Shown here piece after piece: positions 47,352 to 56,858 of a DNA stretch of 64,000 nucleotides (position 1 is the stretch's first letter; each line of letters begins with the position of its first letter). The translations under genes were made by a program, and so were the position numbers. Source of the stretch: an uncultured Verrucomicrobiae bacterium (GTDB lineage Bacteria > Verrucomicrobiota > Verrucomicrobiia > Limisphaerales > UBA11358). The DNA lies in contig CAVWHM010000028.1 of the NCBI GenBank assembly GCA_963754775.1, forward strand, positions 16,448 through 80,447, in the 5' to 3' direction. Under the pieces are notes generated by a model. The model searched no databases, was not told the origin of the DNA, and saw only the letters and a program-made list of their open reading frames with translations.

Positions 47352-48325
47352 GCTTTCCATACAATTATTTTCTCGCCGCGTTCGCGGGCGCGTTTTTAAC
47401 GACGTTGCTCACGCTGCCCTACTGGCGTGAATGGTGCCTGCGCGTCAAGCTGGTGGATGATCCCGGCCGGCGCAAAATCCACGACGCACCCGTGCCGCTG
47501 GCGGGCGGCTTTGCCGTGCTCACCGGCATCTTGCTGCCGCTCGTGATGGGGGCGTTGTTCGCCTCGTCCAGCATCGAAAATCCCCGCGTGCTGCCGCCCC
47601 TCGCTTACGGCTTCAGCCACCGCGCTCTGGAACTGGCCGCCATCGGTTTCGGCGCGATAGCCATAACCCTGCTCGGCTGGCTCGACGACAAACATGAATT
47701 GAAACCGCTGCCGAAATTCGCCGGCCAGTTGCTCATCGCCATTGTTGTCGCCATGGCGTGCAAACGCATTACGTTGTTTGTTCATAGTGAAGTTTTCAGC
47801 TACGCCATCACGATTCTGTGGCTGCTCACCGTCATTAATGCGTTCAATTTCGTGGACAACATGAACGGCCTGTGCGCCGGGCTGGGTGCGATTGGCGCGT
47901 TGCTGTTCGCCATCATCGCCGCGGCCAACGGCCAGTATCTCGTCGCGCTGACCGGCTTTTTGATGTGCGGCGCGTTGCTCGGTTTTCTGCCCTGGAATTT
48001 CCCGAATGCCCGCGCGTTCCTCGGTGACGCGGGGAGCCACCTCGTCGGGTATCTGCTCGCAGTGATGGCCATTCTGCCGCACTTTTACACGAAACAAAAT
48101 CCGCGACCGCTCGCCGTGCTTTCGCCGCTGCTGGTGCTGGCCGTGCCGCTGGCCGACCTTGCCTGGGTCGTGATTTTGCGGACGTGCACGCGCAAACCGT
48201 TTTGGATTGGCGACACGAACCATCTTTCGCACCGGCTCGTGCGCGCCGGACTCAGCCAGACCCGCACCGTACTTGTCATCTGGCTGATTGCCGTGATGAT
48301 CGGCGTGCTCGCCACGCTGCTTTGA
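47348..48325 (+). CDS. MraY/WecA-family polyprenyl-phosphate sugar-1-phosphate transferase
   Basis: DDPGRRKIH, LGWLDDKHEL, NAFNFVDNMNGL and GDAGSHLVGY motifs. GTGA overlap with the upstream GT4 gene. Confidence 0.85.
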   Translation: MSFPYNYFLAAFAGAFLTTLLTLPYWREWCLRVKLVDDPGRRKIHDAPVPLAGGFAVLTGILLPLVMGALFASSSIENPRVLPPLAYGFSHRALELAAIGFGAIAITLLGWLDDKHELKPLPKFAGQLLIAIVVAMACKRITLFVHSEVFSYAITILWLLTVINAFNFVDNMNGLCAGLGAIGALLFAIIAAANGQYLVALTGFLMCGALLGFLPWNFPNARAFLGDAGSHLVGYLLAVMAILPHFYTKQNPRPLAVLSPLLVLAVPLADLAWVVILRTCTRKPFWIGDTNHLSHRLVRAGLSQTRTVLVIWLIAVMIGVLATLL

Positions 48326-48350
48326 TTTGCGTTCCCGTCTCAAAATTCTG

Positions 48351-48377
48351 TTCGTGTCTTTCGTGTCTTTCGTGGTT
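48351..48377. repeat. nonamer-periodic TTCGTGNNN repeat (half-copy of the 56859-56942 element family)
   Basis: TTCGTGTCT TTCGTGTCT TTCGTGGTT, between the WecA-like gene and ymdB. Confidence 0.6.
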
Positions 48378-48388
48378 AATTTTCCGGC

Positions 48389-49191
48389 GTGAAACTGCTC
48401 TTTATCGGCGACATCGTCGGCCAACCGGGACGCAACGCGGTCAAAACCCTGCTGCCCAAACTCCGTCAGCAACACGCGCTTGATTTCGTCATCGCCAACG
48501 GCGAAAACTCCGCCGGCGGTTCCGGCATCACGCCCAAAACCGCCGAAGAAATTTTCTCGGCGGGCGTGGACGCCATCACCAGCGGCGACCATTTGTGGGA
48601 CCAGAAGGAAGTCATGGAATTGCTCGCCAACGAAAAACGCTTCCTGCGTCCGCTCAATTATCCGCCCGGCACACCGGGGCAGGGCAGTGCCCTATTTGAA
48701 GTGCGGAATGTCGGTGGGCGGAGCGCGGAATTTGATAGGGGTTTTGAACGCGCAAGGCCGCACGTTCATGCCGCCGCTGGAACATCCGTTTCTCCTCGCC
48801 GCCGAAGAGGTGAAACGGCTGCGCGAGCAGACCAAAATCATCTTCGTGGATTTTCACGCCGAGGCGACCTCGGAAAAGATTGCGTTCGCACGCTTTCTTG
48901 ACGGGCAGGTGAGCGCGGTGGTGGGCACGCACACGCATGTGCAGACGGCGGATGAACAGATTTTCCCCGGCGGCACGGCTTATCTGACCGACGCCGGCTT
49001 CACCGGCCCGCACGAAAGTGTGTTGGGCCGCGAAATCGAGCCGATCATCAAACGCTTTCTCACCGGCATGCCGCAGCGATTCGACGTGGCTAAAAACCGC
49101 GTGTTGCTTCATGGCGCGGTGATTGAAATTGATGAAGCAACCGGGAAAGCGATGAAGAATTCAGCGCGTATCGGAAGGGGCGAACGGCTGA
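48389..49191 (+). CDS. ymdB: YmdB-family metallophosphoesterase (TIGR00282; 2',3'-cyclic-nucleotide phosphodiesterase-like); 2 apparent frameshifts (~48705, ~49158)
   Basis: MKLLFIGDIVGQPGR...ANGENSAGGSGIT...SGDHLWD, then IGVLNAQGRTFMP...VDFHAEATSEK...VGTHTHVQTADE in the next frame. With a 1-nt correction at ~49158 it ends ...GKAMKIQRVSEGANG* at 49189-49191. Confidence 0.8.
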
Positions 49192-49259
49192 CGCATCTGC
49201 ACCAACCGGCAACTCGCAGCGCTCCAGTTGACGATGTTGTGGGCAAAGGAATTTCACAC

Positions 49260-50504
49260 GTGAGAACAATCCGTTGGACTGAATACAGTGAATTGACGGC
49301 ACTGTTCTTTATCCAATCTATGGCCGTTGCCATTTGGATGGTGCCGTTGAGCATGGTGTTTGCCGCTCACGGCTTGCGTGGCCTCGCGCCCTACGCCTTC
49401 GCCGCCGCCGCTCTCGCGACCTTCGTTTCGCCATTGATCTTCGGCGCGATGGCGGACCGCCATGCTTCACCGGTGAAGGTGTTGCGCGGGCTGTCCGTGG
49501 CGAGCGCCGCTGCCATGACTCTCTTCGCCTGGAGCGTCAAACAAGGCTGGCCGCCGGGACTGGTGCTGGCTCTGGTCCAGATTTATGCGCTTTGTGCCGC
49601 TCCCACCGGCAGCATCATCACCGCCATCGTCTTTTCGCGCCTGCGAAATTCCCAGCGCGAGTTCGGGCCGGTTCGGGCCGGGGCGACCGTGGGTTGGATG
49701 GCCGGCTGCTGGCTGGTGAGCGCGCTGAATGCTGATGCTTCCACGCTCGCGGGATTCACCAGTGCGGCGACGTGGCTGTTGCTGGCGGCGTTTACTTTCC
49801 TGTTGCCCGGTGTGCCCCCGCCCAAATCCGCCGGACACCCGACGCTGCTGCAACGACTTGGCTGGGACGCGTTCGTGCTGTTGAGAAATCACGACCATCG
49901 CGTGGTTTTCATCACCCTGGCATTGTTCAGCATTCCGCTTGCGGCATTTTATCCATTCACACCGCTCCACTTGCAAGCCCTCGGGTTCAAACACGTCTCC
50001 GCCTGGATGACGCTGGGGCAAACGACGGAGTTCATCGCCATGTTCTCCCTGGCCGGATTGTTCCTGCGCTGGCGGTTGAAATGGATCTTTGCCGCCGGGC
50101 TGGGCTTCGGCGTGCTGCGCTTCGCCCTTTGTGCGTTCAACGGCAAGGCGTGGGTGCTGGCCGGCACCACCCTGCATGGTTTGTCCTACACCCTGTATTT
50201 CATCACCGCCCAAATTTACATAGATGAACGGGTGGGTCCCGAGTGGCGGACGCGGGCGCAGGCGCTGATGACGCTGATGACCAACGGCGTGGGCAACCTT
50301 ACCGGCTATCTCTGCACGGGTTGGTGGTTCGCCGCGTGCGCGCGTCCGACCGGCACCCAATGGTCATTATTCTGGGGCGTTCTGGCGGCAGCCGTGGCGG
50401 TCGTGCTGGTTTATTTTCTAAAGGCATATCACGGAAGGGAGATGCGAAATGTGGACAACCCACTTGCTCAACGCCAGCGTGTCGATTCACCGCTCAGTGA
50501 TTGA
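49260..50504 (+). CDS. MFS transporter (nucleoside:H+ symporter-like family)
   Basis: ~12 TM segments from ELTALFFIQSMAVAIWMVPLS onward. It is the 3' part of the artificial 674-aa ORF 48480-50504. Start is uncertain (GTG 49260, GTG 49239 or ATG 49320). Confidence 0.7.
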   Translation: MRTIRWTEYSELTALFFIQSMAVAIWMVPLSMVFAAHGLRGLAPYAFAAAALATFVSPLIFGAMADRHASPVKVLRGLSVASAAAMTLFAWSVKQGWPPGLVLALVQIYALCAAPTGSIITAIVFSRLRNSQREFGPVRAGATVGWMAGCWLVSALNADASTLAGFTSAATWLLLAAFTFLLPGVPPPKSAGHPTLLQRLGWDAFVLLRNHDHRVVFITLALFSIPLAAFYPFTPLHLQALGFKHVSAWMTLGQTTEFIAMFSLAGLFLRWRLKWIFAAGLGFGVLRFALCAFNGKAWVLAGTTLHGLSYTLYFITAQIYIDERVGPEWRTRAQALMTLMTNGVGNLTGYLCTGWWFAACARPTGTQWSLFWGVLAAAVAVVLVYFLKAYHGREMRNVDNPLAQRQRVDSPLSD

Positions 50505-50592
50505 AACTAGCGACGCCAGCGGCAAGGCGCTGAAAATTCAGCGCGTGTCGGAACAATTGCCAAAGAATGGATATGGCAGGAACACGCGTTAG
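50497..50592 (+). pseudogene. orphan duplicate of the ymdB 3' end
   Basis: Encodes VIETSDASGKALKIQRVSEQLPKNGYGRNTR*. The first 57 nt are ~78% identical to 49119-49176 (VIEIDEATGKAMK(I)QRVSE). Confidence 0.6.
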
Positions 50593-50724
50593 AAGAGCAA
50601 AAACGCTGAAACGAGACCACGAGAGCGACAGGGCGTTTTCTGATCAGATCGGTATCGGACACAAATTTTCTTCAAGCTCGAGGAATGGACAAACCAATCC
50701 AATTGCAACAAGTCCTCGGCAAGC

Positions 50725-52299
50725 TTATCTCCAACAGGTCCAGTCCACGTCGGGGAAAATGTTGTCGCGCGATTCGACTTCGCGCAGCCACGGTTCGTCC
50801 ACGGATGTGGCCATGAGCTGGTCGTGCAGGGTGAGGAACCGGAGCAGATGGTCTTTCACGCGGCGGCGCGCGTAATCGGGGCTGGTCCCCGTGCGCAAAA
50901 TGAACGGCCAGTCGCTGGCCTGCGCGAGCAGCAGTTCGCGCGCGGCCTGCCGCAACGCGCGCGCCGGCAGGGTGCCGGGCTTTTTAAATCGCCGCGCCAG
51001 CCTGGTCATCCGTTCCTGCGCGACCTGCAGGTGCGGATAAATCCATTCGTTCTTCTCGTTCAGCCAAGTGCGGTAGTAACCCTCCTCGCCCCAGCTTGAC
51101 GCGCTGGGCGTGACGATCTGGTTCGTCGGATGCCGCTGCAGATATTCACTGGGCGTCACGAGCACGATGGCTTTCTGATCGTGGAAAGCCTTGCGCGCAA
51201 AAAAATCCAGAAATTCCGGCCCTTCATACCACCAATGCCCGAACAATTCCGCATCATACGGCGCCACCACCAGCGGCGGGCGTCCGAGGATGGCGGCCAC
51301 TTTTTCCGCTTGCGCGACGCGCTGGCCCAAAAAATGTCCGGCGTGTTCCGCCGCTGCCTGCAAGGCCGCGTCGCGCCGGTAAATTTCCTTGTTCGCCGAC
51401 CCGCCGGTGATGCGATAATACTTGATGCCGGTGAAGCCGCGCGTTTCCGGCGATGGCAAATGCGGTTTCACATGCTCGAAATCGAGGTCGAAGCCGATGT
51501 CGCGGTAAAAATCGCGGTAGCGCGCATCGCCGGGATAACCTTCCTGCCGGCTCCAAACCTGCCGCGAGGAATCAAGGTCGCGGCCAAAGGCGGCGAGGCC
51601 ATTGGGGGTGAAAATGGGCGCGAAAGTGCCGTAACGCGGTCGCGGCCGGGCGTAAAGCACGCCGTGCGAATCGAGAATGAACCAGCGGATGTTCGCCTCC
51701 TGCAAAAATTTTTCGACCCCTTCCACGTAGGCGCATTCCGGCAGCCAGATGCCGCGCGGGTCGCGCCCAAAACAACTGCGATAGTGGTCGCGCGCCGTCA
51801 AAATTTGCGCGCGGAGGGACGGCGGATGATTCGCGAGCAATGGCAGCAGCGCGTGCGTCGCGGCGGTGGTGATGATTTCCAGCCGGCCTTCGTCCTGAAA
51901 CTGGCGGAACGCGCCGACGAGGTCGCGTTTGTAAAAATGCCAAGCGTCGCGAACCGAGGTGAATCGCTGATGATACATCCACGCCAGTTCGCGGAAGGCG
52001 CGGTCCCAGTGCGTGCGGTGAATTTCCTTTTCGGCCAACTCAACGAGGCCGTTCAGATGCCGCTCGTAGCGGTTGCGCAACAACGGGTCGCGCAGCATGG
52101 CGCACAACGGCGGCGAAAGAGACAGCGTCAGGGGCGCGGCCACGCCATCGCGCCGCCAGCCTTCCATGATTTGAAGCAGCGGAAGATAGGTCTCAGTAAC
52201 AGCTTCAAACAGCCAGCTTTCCTCCAGGAATTTTTCGTGTTCCGGATGGCGCACAAACGGCAGGTGCGCGTGCAATACGAGGGATAAATAGCCTTGCAT
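50725..52299 (-). CDS. GH57-family 1,4-alpha-glucan branching enzyme (DUF1957-containing)
   Basis: MQGYLSLVLHAHLPFVRHPE..., WLPECAY and ELFGHWWYEG motifs; 524 aa. Confidence 0.9.
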   Translation of the reverse strand: MQGYLSLVLHAHLPFVRHPEHEKFLEESWLFEAVTETYLPLLQIMEGWRRDGVAAPLTLSLSPPLCAMLRDPLLRNRYERHLNGLVELAEKEIHRTHWDRAFRELAWMYHQRFTSVRDAWHFYKRDLVGAFRQFQDEGRLEIITTAATHALLPLLANHPPSLRAQILTARDHYRSCFGRDPRGIWLPECAYVEGVEKFLQEANIRWFILDSHGVLYARPRPRYGTFAPIFTPNGLAAFGRDLDSSRQVWSRQEGYPGDARYRDFYRDIGFDLDFEHVKPHLPSPETRGFTGIKYYRITGGSANKEIYRRDAALQAAAEHAGHFLGQRVAQAEKVAAILGRPPLVVAPYDAELFGHWWYEGPEFLDFFARKAFHDQKAIVLVTPSEYLQRHPTNQIVTPSASSWGEEGYYRTWLNEKNEWIYPHLQVAQERMTRLARRFKKPGTLPARALRQAARELLLAQASDWPFILRTGTSPDYARRRVKDHLLRFLTLHDQLMATSVDEPWLREVESRDNIFPDVDWTCWR

Positions 52300-52311
52300 G
52301 ACCCTGGGAAA

Positions 52312-52551
52312 TTATATGTCGATCTTGTCTGAAAGCCATTCCGCAACGGGCCGGGACCTCACCAGAATGACAATCCCGAGCACCGATGGAATGGCCAGCA
52401 ACGCGCAATGAACTTTTCCGAGGGGAAGGTGATGAACCAGGTTGTCGGCCACGTACAAACCTTCCACCAGCAGACTCACGCCGATAACTGCCACGGCGAC
52501 GAAGCGAACCAGCATCAAAGCTCCTCGTTGCGGCGCATCCATGTGATTCAA
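52312..52551 (-). CDS. small membrane protein, hypothetical
   Basis: 79-aa ORF with two hydrophobic segments. It is tightly packed between the DUF4912 gene (4-nt overlap) and the GH57 gene (12-nt gap). Confidence 0.45.
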   Translation of the reverse strand: MNHMDAPQRGALMLVRFVAVAVIGVSLLVEGLYVADNLVHHLPLGKVHCALLAIPSVLGIVILVRSRPVAEWLSDKIDI

Positions 52552-53777
52552 ATATTTTCCGGCGAAGGCGGCTTCAACGCCGGGTCCTGCGGGTGCGCGC
52601 CAACGTCGCCGCGGTATTCGGTGGCCCGGCTGAATTTCAAATCCGCCGCGCGCGCCTCCGTGCCATCGGCGGAAACGGCCACGGCGGGCAGTTCGTATTT
52701 GCCGTCCGGCAACGCGAAACGAAAGCTGAACGAGCCGTCGGACCGCAATTTGATTTCGCGGCCGTCGAGCGTGACTTTGGCCGTCGGCTCGGTTGCGCCG
52801 TAAATGACCAGTTCCGCGTTGACGTTGAACCAGAATCCTTTCGATTGTTCCACGCCGCCGAACGGGCTTGAAAGGCTGGAGACGCCGAGCGAGGAAATTT
52901 CGCGTGCGAGTTTGCGGCGGATCAGTTCGGTGATTTCCAGCGAGCCCATCCAGACGCGGCGCACTTCATCAAGGCTGATGATTTTGGCGAGGGCGTCCTC
53001 CTGTTGTGACGTCCACGCCGCGGGGGGCGCGGCGGTCGCGCGCGGCAGGCCGGGATGGCCGTGCCGGCGGAGTTCTTCAATCGCCTGCGCCAGCGGGAGG
53101 TTTTCACGCACGGCCTGTTTAATGATTTGAATCAGTTTCGGAAACGGAAATTCGAACGGGATGGTGGCAAATTCAGCTTCGGTTTCCACCGAAGCGGCGT
53201 CCGGCGGCGTGACGGTGGCCCCGGAAGCGGCGACGCGCATCCAACGGCCTACCGGCGAATAGTAGCCGAGTTCGGCGGCGTAGGAATCTCCAGCACGCTC
53301 GACGTGCGCGAACCAGTGGCGCGATTCAGGGTGGACGTGGATTTCGTAAAGCGGGTGGCCTTCGATTTTGCCGGCGTAAATGCGGAGGATCAAATGGCCG
53401 TCCGCCGACTTCGCGTTGAGCTTCAACTGCTGCTCGCGCGTCAGGTCCCAATGCGCGTAAAGCCAGTGCGGGTCGCGCGCGGTCAAAAACAGCTTTTTTG
53501 TGCCGTAGGCTTCGGGCAATTCGGTTTCCGCCGTTTCAAACTGTTGCGGGGGTGGGGTAGGACCCAGCGCATATTTCTGCCCGGGGCCGCTGGCGGGTGG
53601 CGGTGCGGGCTGGTCGCCTTCGAGCAAAATGGGCGGCGCTTCGGTTTTTTTGCGGCGGTTGTAAGTGCGGCGAACAATGGCGGCGGCGGGCGCCTCGATG
53701 TTGGGTTCGGATTTGGCGTTACGGCGCGGGCGCACGGTGCGCACGGCCGTTTTCTTTGGCGTTGTCCTCGATTTCAT
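52548..53777 (-). CDS. DUF4912 domain-containing protein
   Basis: LFLTARDPHWLYAHWDL is the signature of DUF4912, which commonly accompanies GH57 genes. ATG at 53777 is preceded by GAGGA. Confidence 0.75.
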   Translation of the reverse strand: MKSRTTPKKTAVRTVRPRRNAKSEPNIEAPAAAIVRRTYNRRKKTEAPPILLEGDQPAPPPASGPGQKYALGPTPPPQQFETAETELPEAYGTKKLFLTARDPHWLYAHWDLTREQQLKLNAKSADGHLILRIYAGKIEGHPLYEIHVHPESRHWFAHVERAGDSYAAELGYYSPVGRWMRVAASGATVTPPDAASVETEAEFATIPFEFPFPKLIQIIKQAVRENLPLAQAIEELRRHGHPGLPRATAAPPAAWTSQQEDALAKIISLDEVRRVWMGSLEITELIRRKLAREISSLGVSSLSSPFGGVEQSKGFWFNVNAELVIYGATEPTAKVTLDGREIKLRSDGSFSFRFALPDGKYELPAVAVSADGTEARAADLKFSRATEYRGDVGAHPQDPALKPPSPENI

Positions 53778-53945
53778 GACCGCAAATCCTCGGTTCGTGG
53801 CGATGACTTCATTGCCTGGCGTGAACTTACGGCGTGAATTAGCCGGGCGCAATGGGAATTTTCCGGCCGGAGGTGAATAAGTTTTTGTTCAAATGCGCTT
53901 GCGACTTGCGCCAAACGGGTGTTTCCCTGATATTTACCTCAGTTG

Positions 53946-54338
53946 ATGAGCCAGTCCAAGTCCAGCAACGGTGCGGGATCGCCAATCACCATTTTTGTGG
54001 TGGACGACGAGCAAATGCTGCTTGATCTGGCGGCGGCCATCCTTCAACCGCTGGGTTACGATGTGCGGACGTTCAGCGACCCGCGTTTGGCTTTGAAGGA
54101 ATTTCCTGCCGCCCGGCCGGTGGTTATTGTAACGGATTACGCCATGGGTGAAATGAACGGCTTGGATTTGGTGCGCGAGTGCAAGCGCGTCAATCCGAAG
54201 CAAAAAATTATCCTGGTCAGCGGCACCGTGGACGAGAACATTTTTGCAGGTCTGCCGCATAAGCCGGATCGATTCATGGTCAAGCCGTATCCTGTCCATG
54301 AATTCATCGAGACCATCCGGGCGCTGGTCGCGAGCTGA
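53946..54338 (+). CDS. stand-alone response regulator receiver protein
   Basis: ITIFVVDDEQ..., VVIVTDYAMGEMNG, KIILVSG and KP... are canonical receiver residues. Confidence 0.85.
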   Translation: MSQSKSSNGAGSPITIFVVDDEQMLLDLAAAILQPLGYDVRTFSDPRLALKEFPAARPVVIVTDYAMGEMNGLDLVRECKRVNPKQKIILVSGTVDENIFAGLPHKPDRFMVKPYPVHEFIETIRALVAS

Positions 54339-54400
54339 AATAATTTTGCGCTGCAAATTAGCTCGCCAGAGTCGCGGGCGCAGTGTTAATTGTTTAAATT

Positions 54401-55198
54401 ATGAATAAGCTCAAAAAAATTCTCTGGGGCCTGGTCATCATCTTCGTCGTGCTGGTCGTCGTGGCGGTGATTGTGGCGGGTTTGTTCCTCGGCAACATAG
54501 TCAAGGCGGGCATGGAAACAGTCGGCCAGAAAATCACCGGGGTGCCCATTACGGTGGACGCGGTGAATTTGACCATTTTGACCGGTTCAGCCAGGATCAA
54601 GGGGCTTGTGGTCGGTAATCCCGAAGGTTACAAGGCGCCGCAAGCCATCAGTGTCGGGTTGGCCGCCGTCGAAGTGAACCCGTTGTCTGCTCTCTCGGAC
54701 AAAATTGTCGTGCGCTCGGTGCGCGTGGAAAATCCGGAAATCACGTTTGAAGGCAACCCCTTCAGTGGAAACAATCTCACCAAAATCCGTGACAACGTGA
54801 ATGCGGCCACCGCGTCAAGTCAGAAACCTTCAACGAATCAAACCGCCCAAGCCGCCGGCAAACCCGGCAAGAAACTTGAAGTGGATGATTTCCTGATTAC
54901 CGGCGCGAAGGTTCACGTCAGCCTCACCGGCATCGGCGGCAAGGAAATGACTTTGCCGTTGCCGGACATTCACCTCACCAGCATGGGCACGGGCGCCGAC
55001 GGTATCACGGCCACCGATTTGACCCGCCGCGTGCTTGACGCCCTTACCGCCGCCACCGTCAAAGCCGTCGCCAACGCCGCCAGCGACATCGGCAAGGGCG
55101 CAATAAATATCGGTCAGGGCACCGGAAAAACCGCTGGCGAAAGTGTGAACAAGATCACCAAAGGCCTCGGCGGATTGTTTAACAAATCAACGAACTGA
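54401..55198 (+). CDS. membrane-anchored protein, AsmA/DUF748-like (function unknown)
   Basis: N-terminal TM (ILWGLVIIFVVLVVVAVIVAGLF), then a beta-rich body with the pattern VRSVRVENPEITFEG. Confidence 0.5.
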   Translation: MNKLKKILWGLVIIFVVLVVVAVIVAGLFLGNIVKAGMETVGQKITGVPITVDAVNLTILTGSARIKGLVVGNPEGYKAPQAISVGLAAVEVNPLSALSDKIVVRSVRVENPEITFEGNPFSGNNLTKIRDNVNAATASSQKPSTNQTAQAAGKPGKKLEVDDFLITGAKVHVSLTGIGGKEMTLPLPDIHLTSMGTGADGITATDLTRRVLDALTAATVKAVANAASDIGKGAINIGQGTGKTAGESVNKITKGLGGLFNKSTN

Positions 55199-55292
55199 CG
55201 GCGAAAACCGCCTGCCCAACGTGGCAACAAAATTCCCGCGATTGCCGCCGGGCAGGGGACAGGCACGAGTCCTGATCGAGTTGAACCGGCTC

Positions 55293-55640
55293 CTAAGACC
55301 GAATCATCGTCAGGATCATTTTGAACCGCTTGATGGCCTTGAGCGCATGAGGCTGATTGGCTGGCATGAGGATAAGCCCGCCACCCTGCAGGTGGTGAGG
55401 CTTGCCGGAAATCGTGATTTCCACTTCGCCTTCCAACACCTGTACCAGCGCGTCGAACGGCGCGGTGTGTTCGCTCAAGCCTTGCCCTTCATCAAACGCA
55501 AACACCGTCACGCTGCCGGCCGGTTTCTTCACGATTTCGCGGCTGACGATGGCTCCATCCTGGTAACTGACCAGTTCAGCGGCCTTGGCCACTTGCGCAC
55601 CGGGCAATCCTTTGGGTTTCAATTCAGTGTCTTCCGGCAT
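55293..55640 (-). CDS. cupin domain protein
   Basis: 115 aa with a single cupin barrel (FDEGQGLSEHTAPFDALVQVLEGEVEITISG...MPANQPHAL). Confidence 0.8.
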   Translation of the reverse strand: MPEDTELKPKGLPGAQVAKAAELVSYQDGAIVSREIVKKPAGSVTVFAFDEGQGLSEHTAPFDALVQVLEGEVEITISGKPHHLQGGGLILMPANQPHALKAIKRFKMILTMIRS

Positions 55641-55667
55641 GATTGTTTCCGTTTTGATGTTCCCGGT

Positions 55668-56639
55668 TTATGATGGGCCGGGCAATTGCAACTGCGCAAT
55701 CAACTCTTGCAGGACCGCTGCGGATTTGGCGAGGGCATTTTGTTCCTCCGGCGGCAGGTTGACTTGCAGGATGCGTTCAACGCCTTTTTGCGAAAGAATG
55801 CAGGGAACGCCCAGGCTTACCCCGTTCAAACCATATTCTCCCTCCAACACGGCTGAAACCGTGAGTGCGCTGTTTTGATTGCGCAAGATTGCCGCCGCAA
55901 TCCGCGTCAGGGCAAGGCCGACGGCAAACCACGTCGCCCCTTTGTAATCAATGATGTGGTAGGCGGAATTTCTCACGGCCTCGGCAATTTTACGCCGGGC
56001 TTCTTCCCAGTCCTCACACTTTCCGCAAAGGGCGCAATATTGTTCGATGGGCACGCCCGCCATATTGGTCATAGACCAGGCGGCCACTTCGCTGTCGCCG
56101 TGCTCGCCCAGGATGTAGGCATGGACGTTGTGCACGTCCACCCCGCAGTGCTGGCTCAGCAGATACCGGAATCGCGCGCTGTCCAGCACCGTGCCGGAGC
56201 CGATGACGCGTCCGCGCGGCCAGCCGGAGCGCTTGTGAGCGACATAAGTCAGGATGTCCACCGGATTGCTCACCACCACCACGATTGCCGGTGAATTTTG
56301 CCGCACGATTTCATCCATGATGTCCTGGATGATTTTGGCGTTGCGTTGCAGGAGCGCCAGGCGCGATTCACCGGGCCGTTGCTTGGAACCGGCGGTGATA
56401 AAAATCAGGTGCGCATCGCCGTAATCGGTGTTCCGGGCATCTCGAATCTGGACCGAGGGGAAGAAGGCCTGGCCGTGGGCCAGATCGAGCACCTGTCCCA
56501 TGGCCAGTTCGTGGTTGGCGTCCAGCAGGCCAATCTCTTCCGCCAATCCGCTTTGGGCCAGCGTGTAAGCAAAGGTGGAACCCACCGCGCCCGCCCCGAC
56601 AATCACCACCTTTCTCGGTTTCCAACTTTCGTTATTCAT
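55668..56639 (-). CDS. ldh: L-lactate dehydrogenase
   Basis: VVIVGAGAVGSTFAY, ITAGSKQRPGESRL (Gln at the LDH/MDH discriminating position), VSNPVDILT and GEHGDSEV. Confidence 0.85.
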   Translation of the reverse strand: MNNESWKPRKVVIVGAGAVGSTFAYTLAQSGLAEEIGLLDANHELAMGQVLDLAHGQAFFPSVQIRDARNTDYGDAHLIFITAGSKQRPGESRLALLQRNAKIIQDIMDEIVRQNSPAIVVVVSNPVDILTYVAHKRSGWPRGRVIGSGTVLDSARFRYLLSQHCGVDVHNVHAYILGEHGDSEVAAWSMTNMAGVPIEQYCALCGKCEDWEEARRKIAEAVRNSAYHIIDYKGATWFAVGLALTRIAAAILRNQNSALTVSAVLEGEYGLNGVSLGVPCILSQKGVERILQVNLPPEEQNALAKSAAVLQELIAQLQLPGPS

Positions 56640-56858
56640 TTGCGGTTATTGGTTGTGTTGGCGTTTGAGTCCCTGGTTTGCCGGTCAAAATCCCGCTGCC
56701 CGGACGGCGCTGGAATTGGCACGACAGTCAAATACGATGAAACCGTAATGGAATGTGTGCGGTGTGGCAACGTGACAATTGAATTCGGAGGGCGGAGTTC
56801 CACGACGCCCTGGTTAATAGACGGGTACTCGGGCCGCTAATCAAGAAACGCCTCAGCC

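Noticed and set aside
48480-50504. 674-aa ORF suggesting a YmdB-MFS fusion protein
   Set aside because: The join depends on one extra base at ~49158 relative to the duplicated copy at 50497-50553. With that base removed, ymdB ends normally at 49191, and the MFS N-terminus (ELTALFFIQ...) looks like an independent start.
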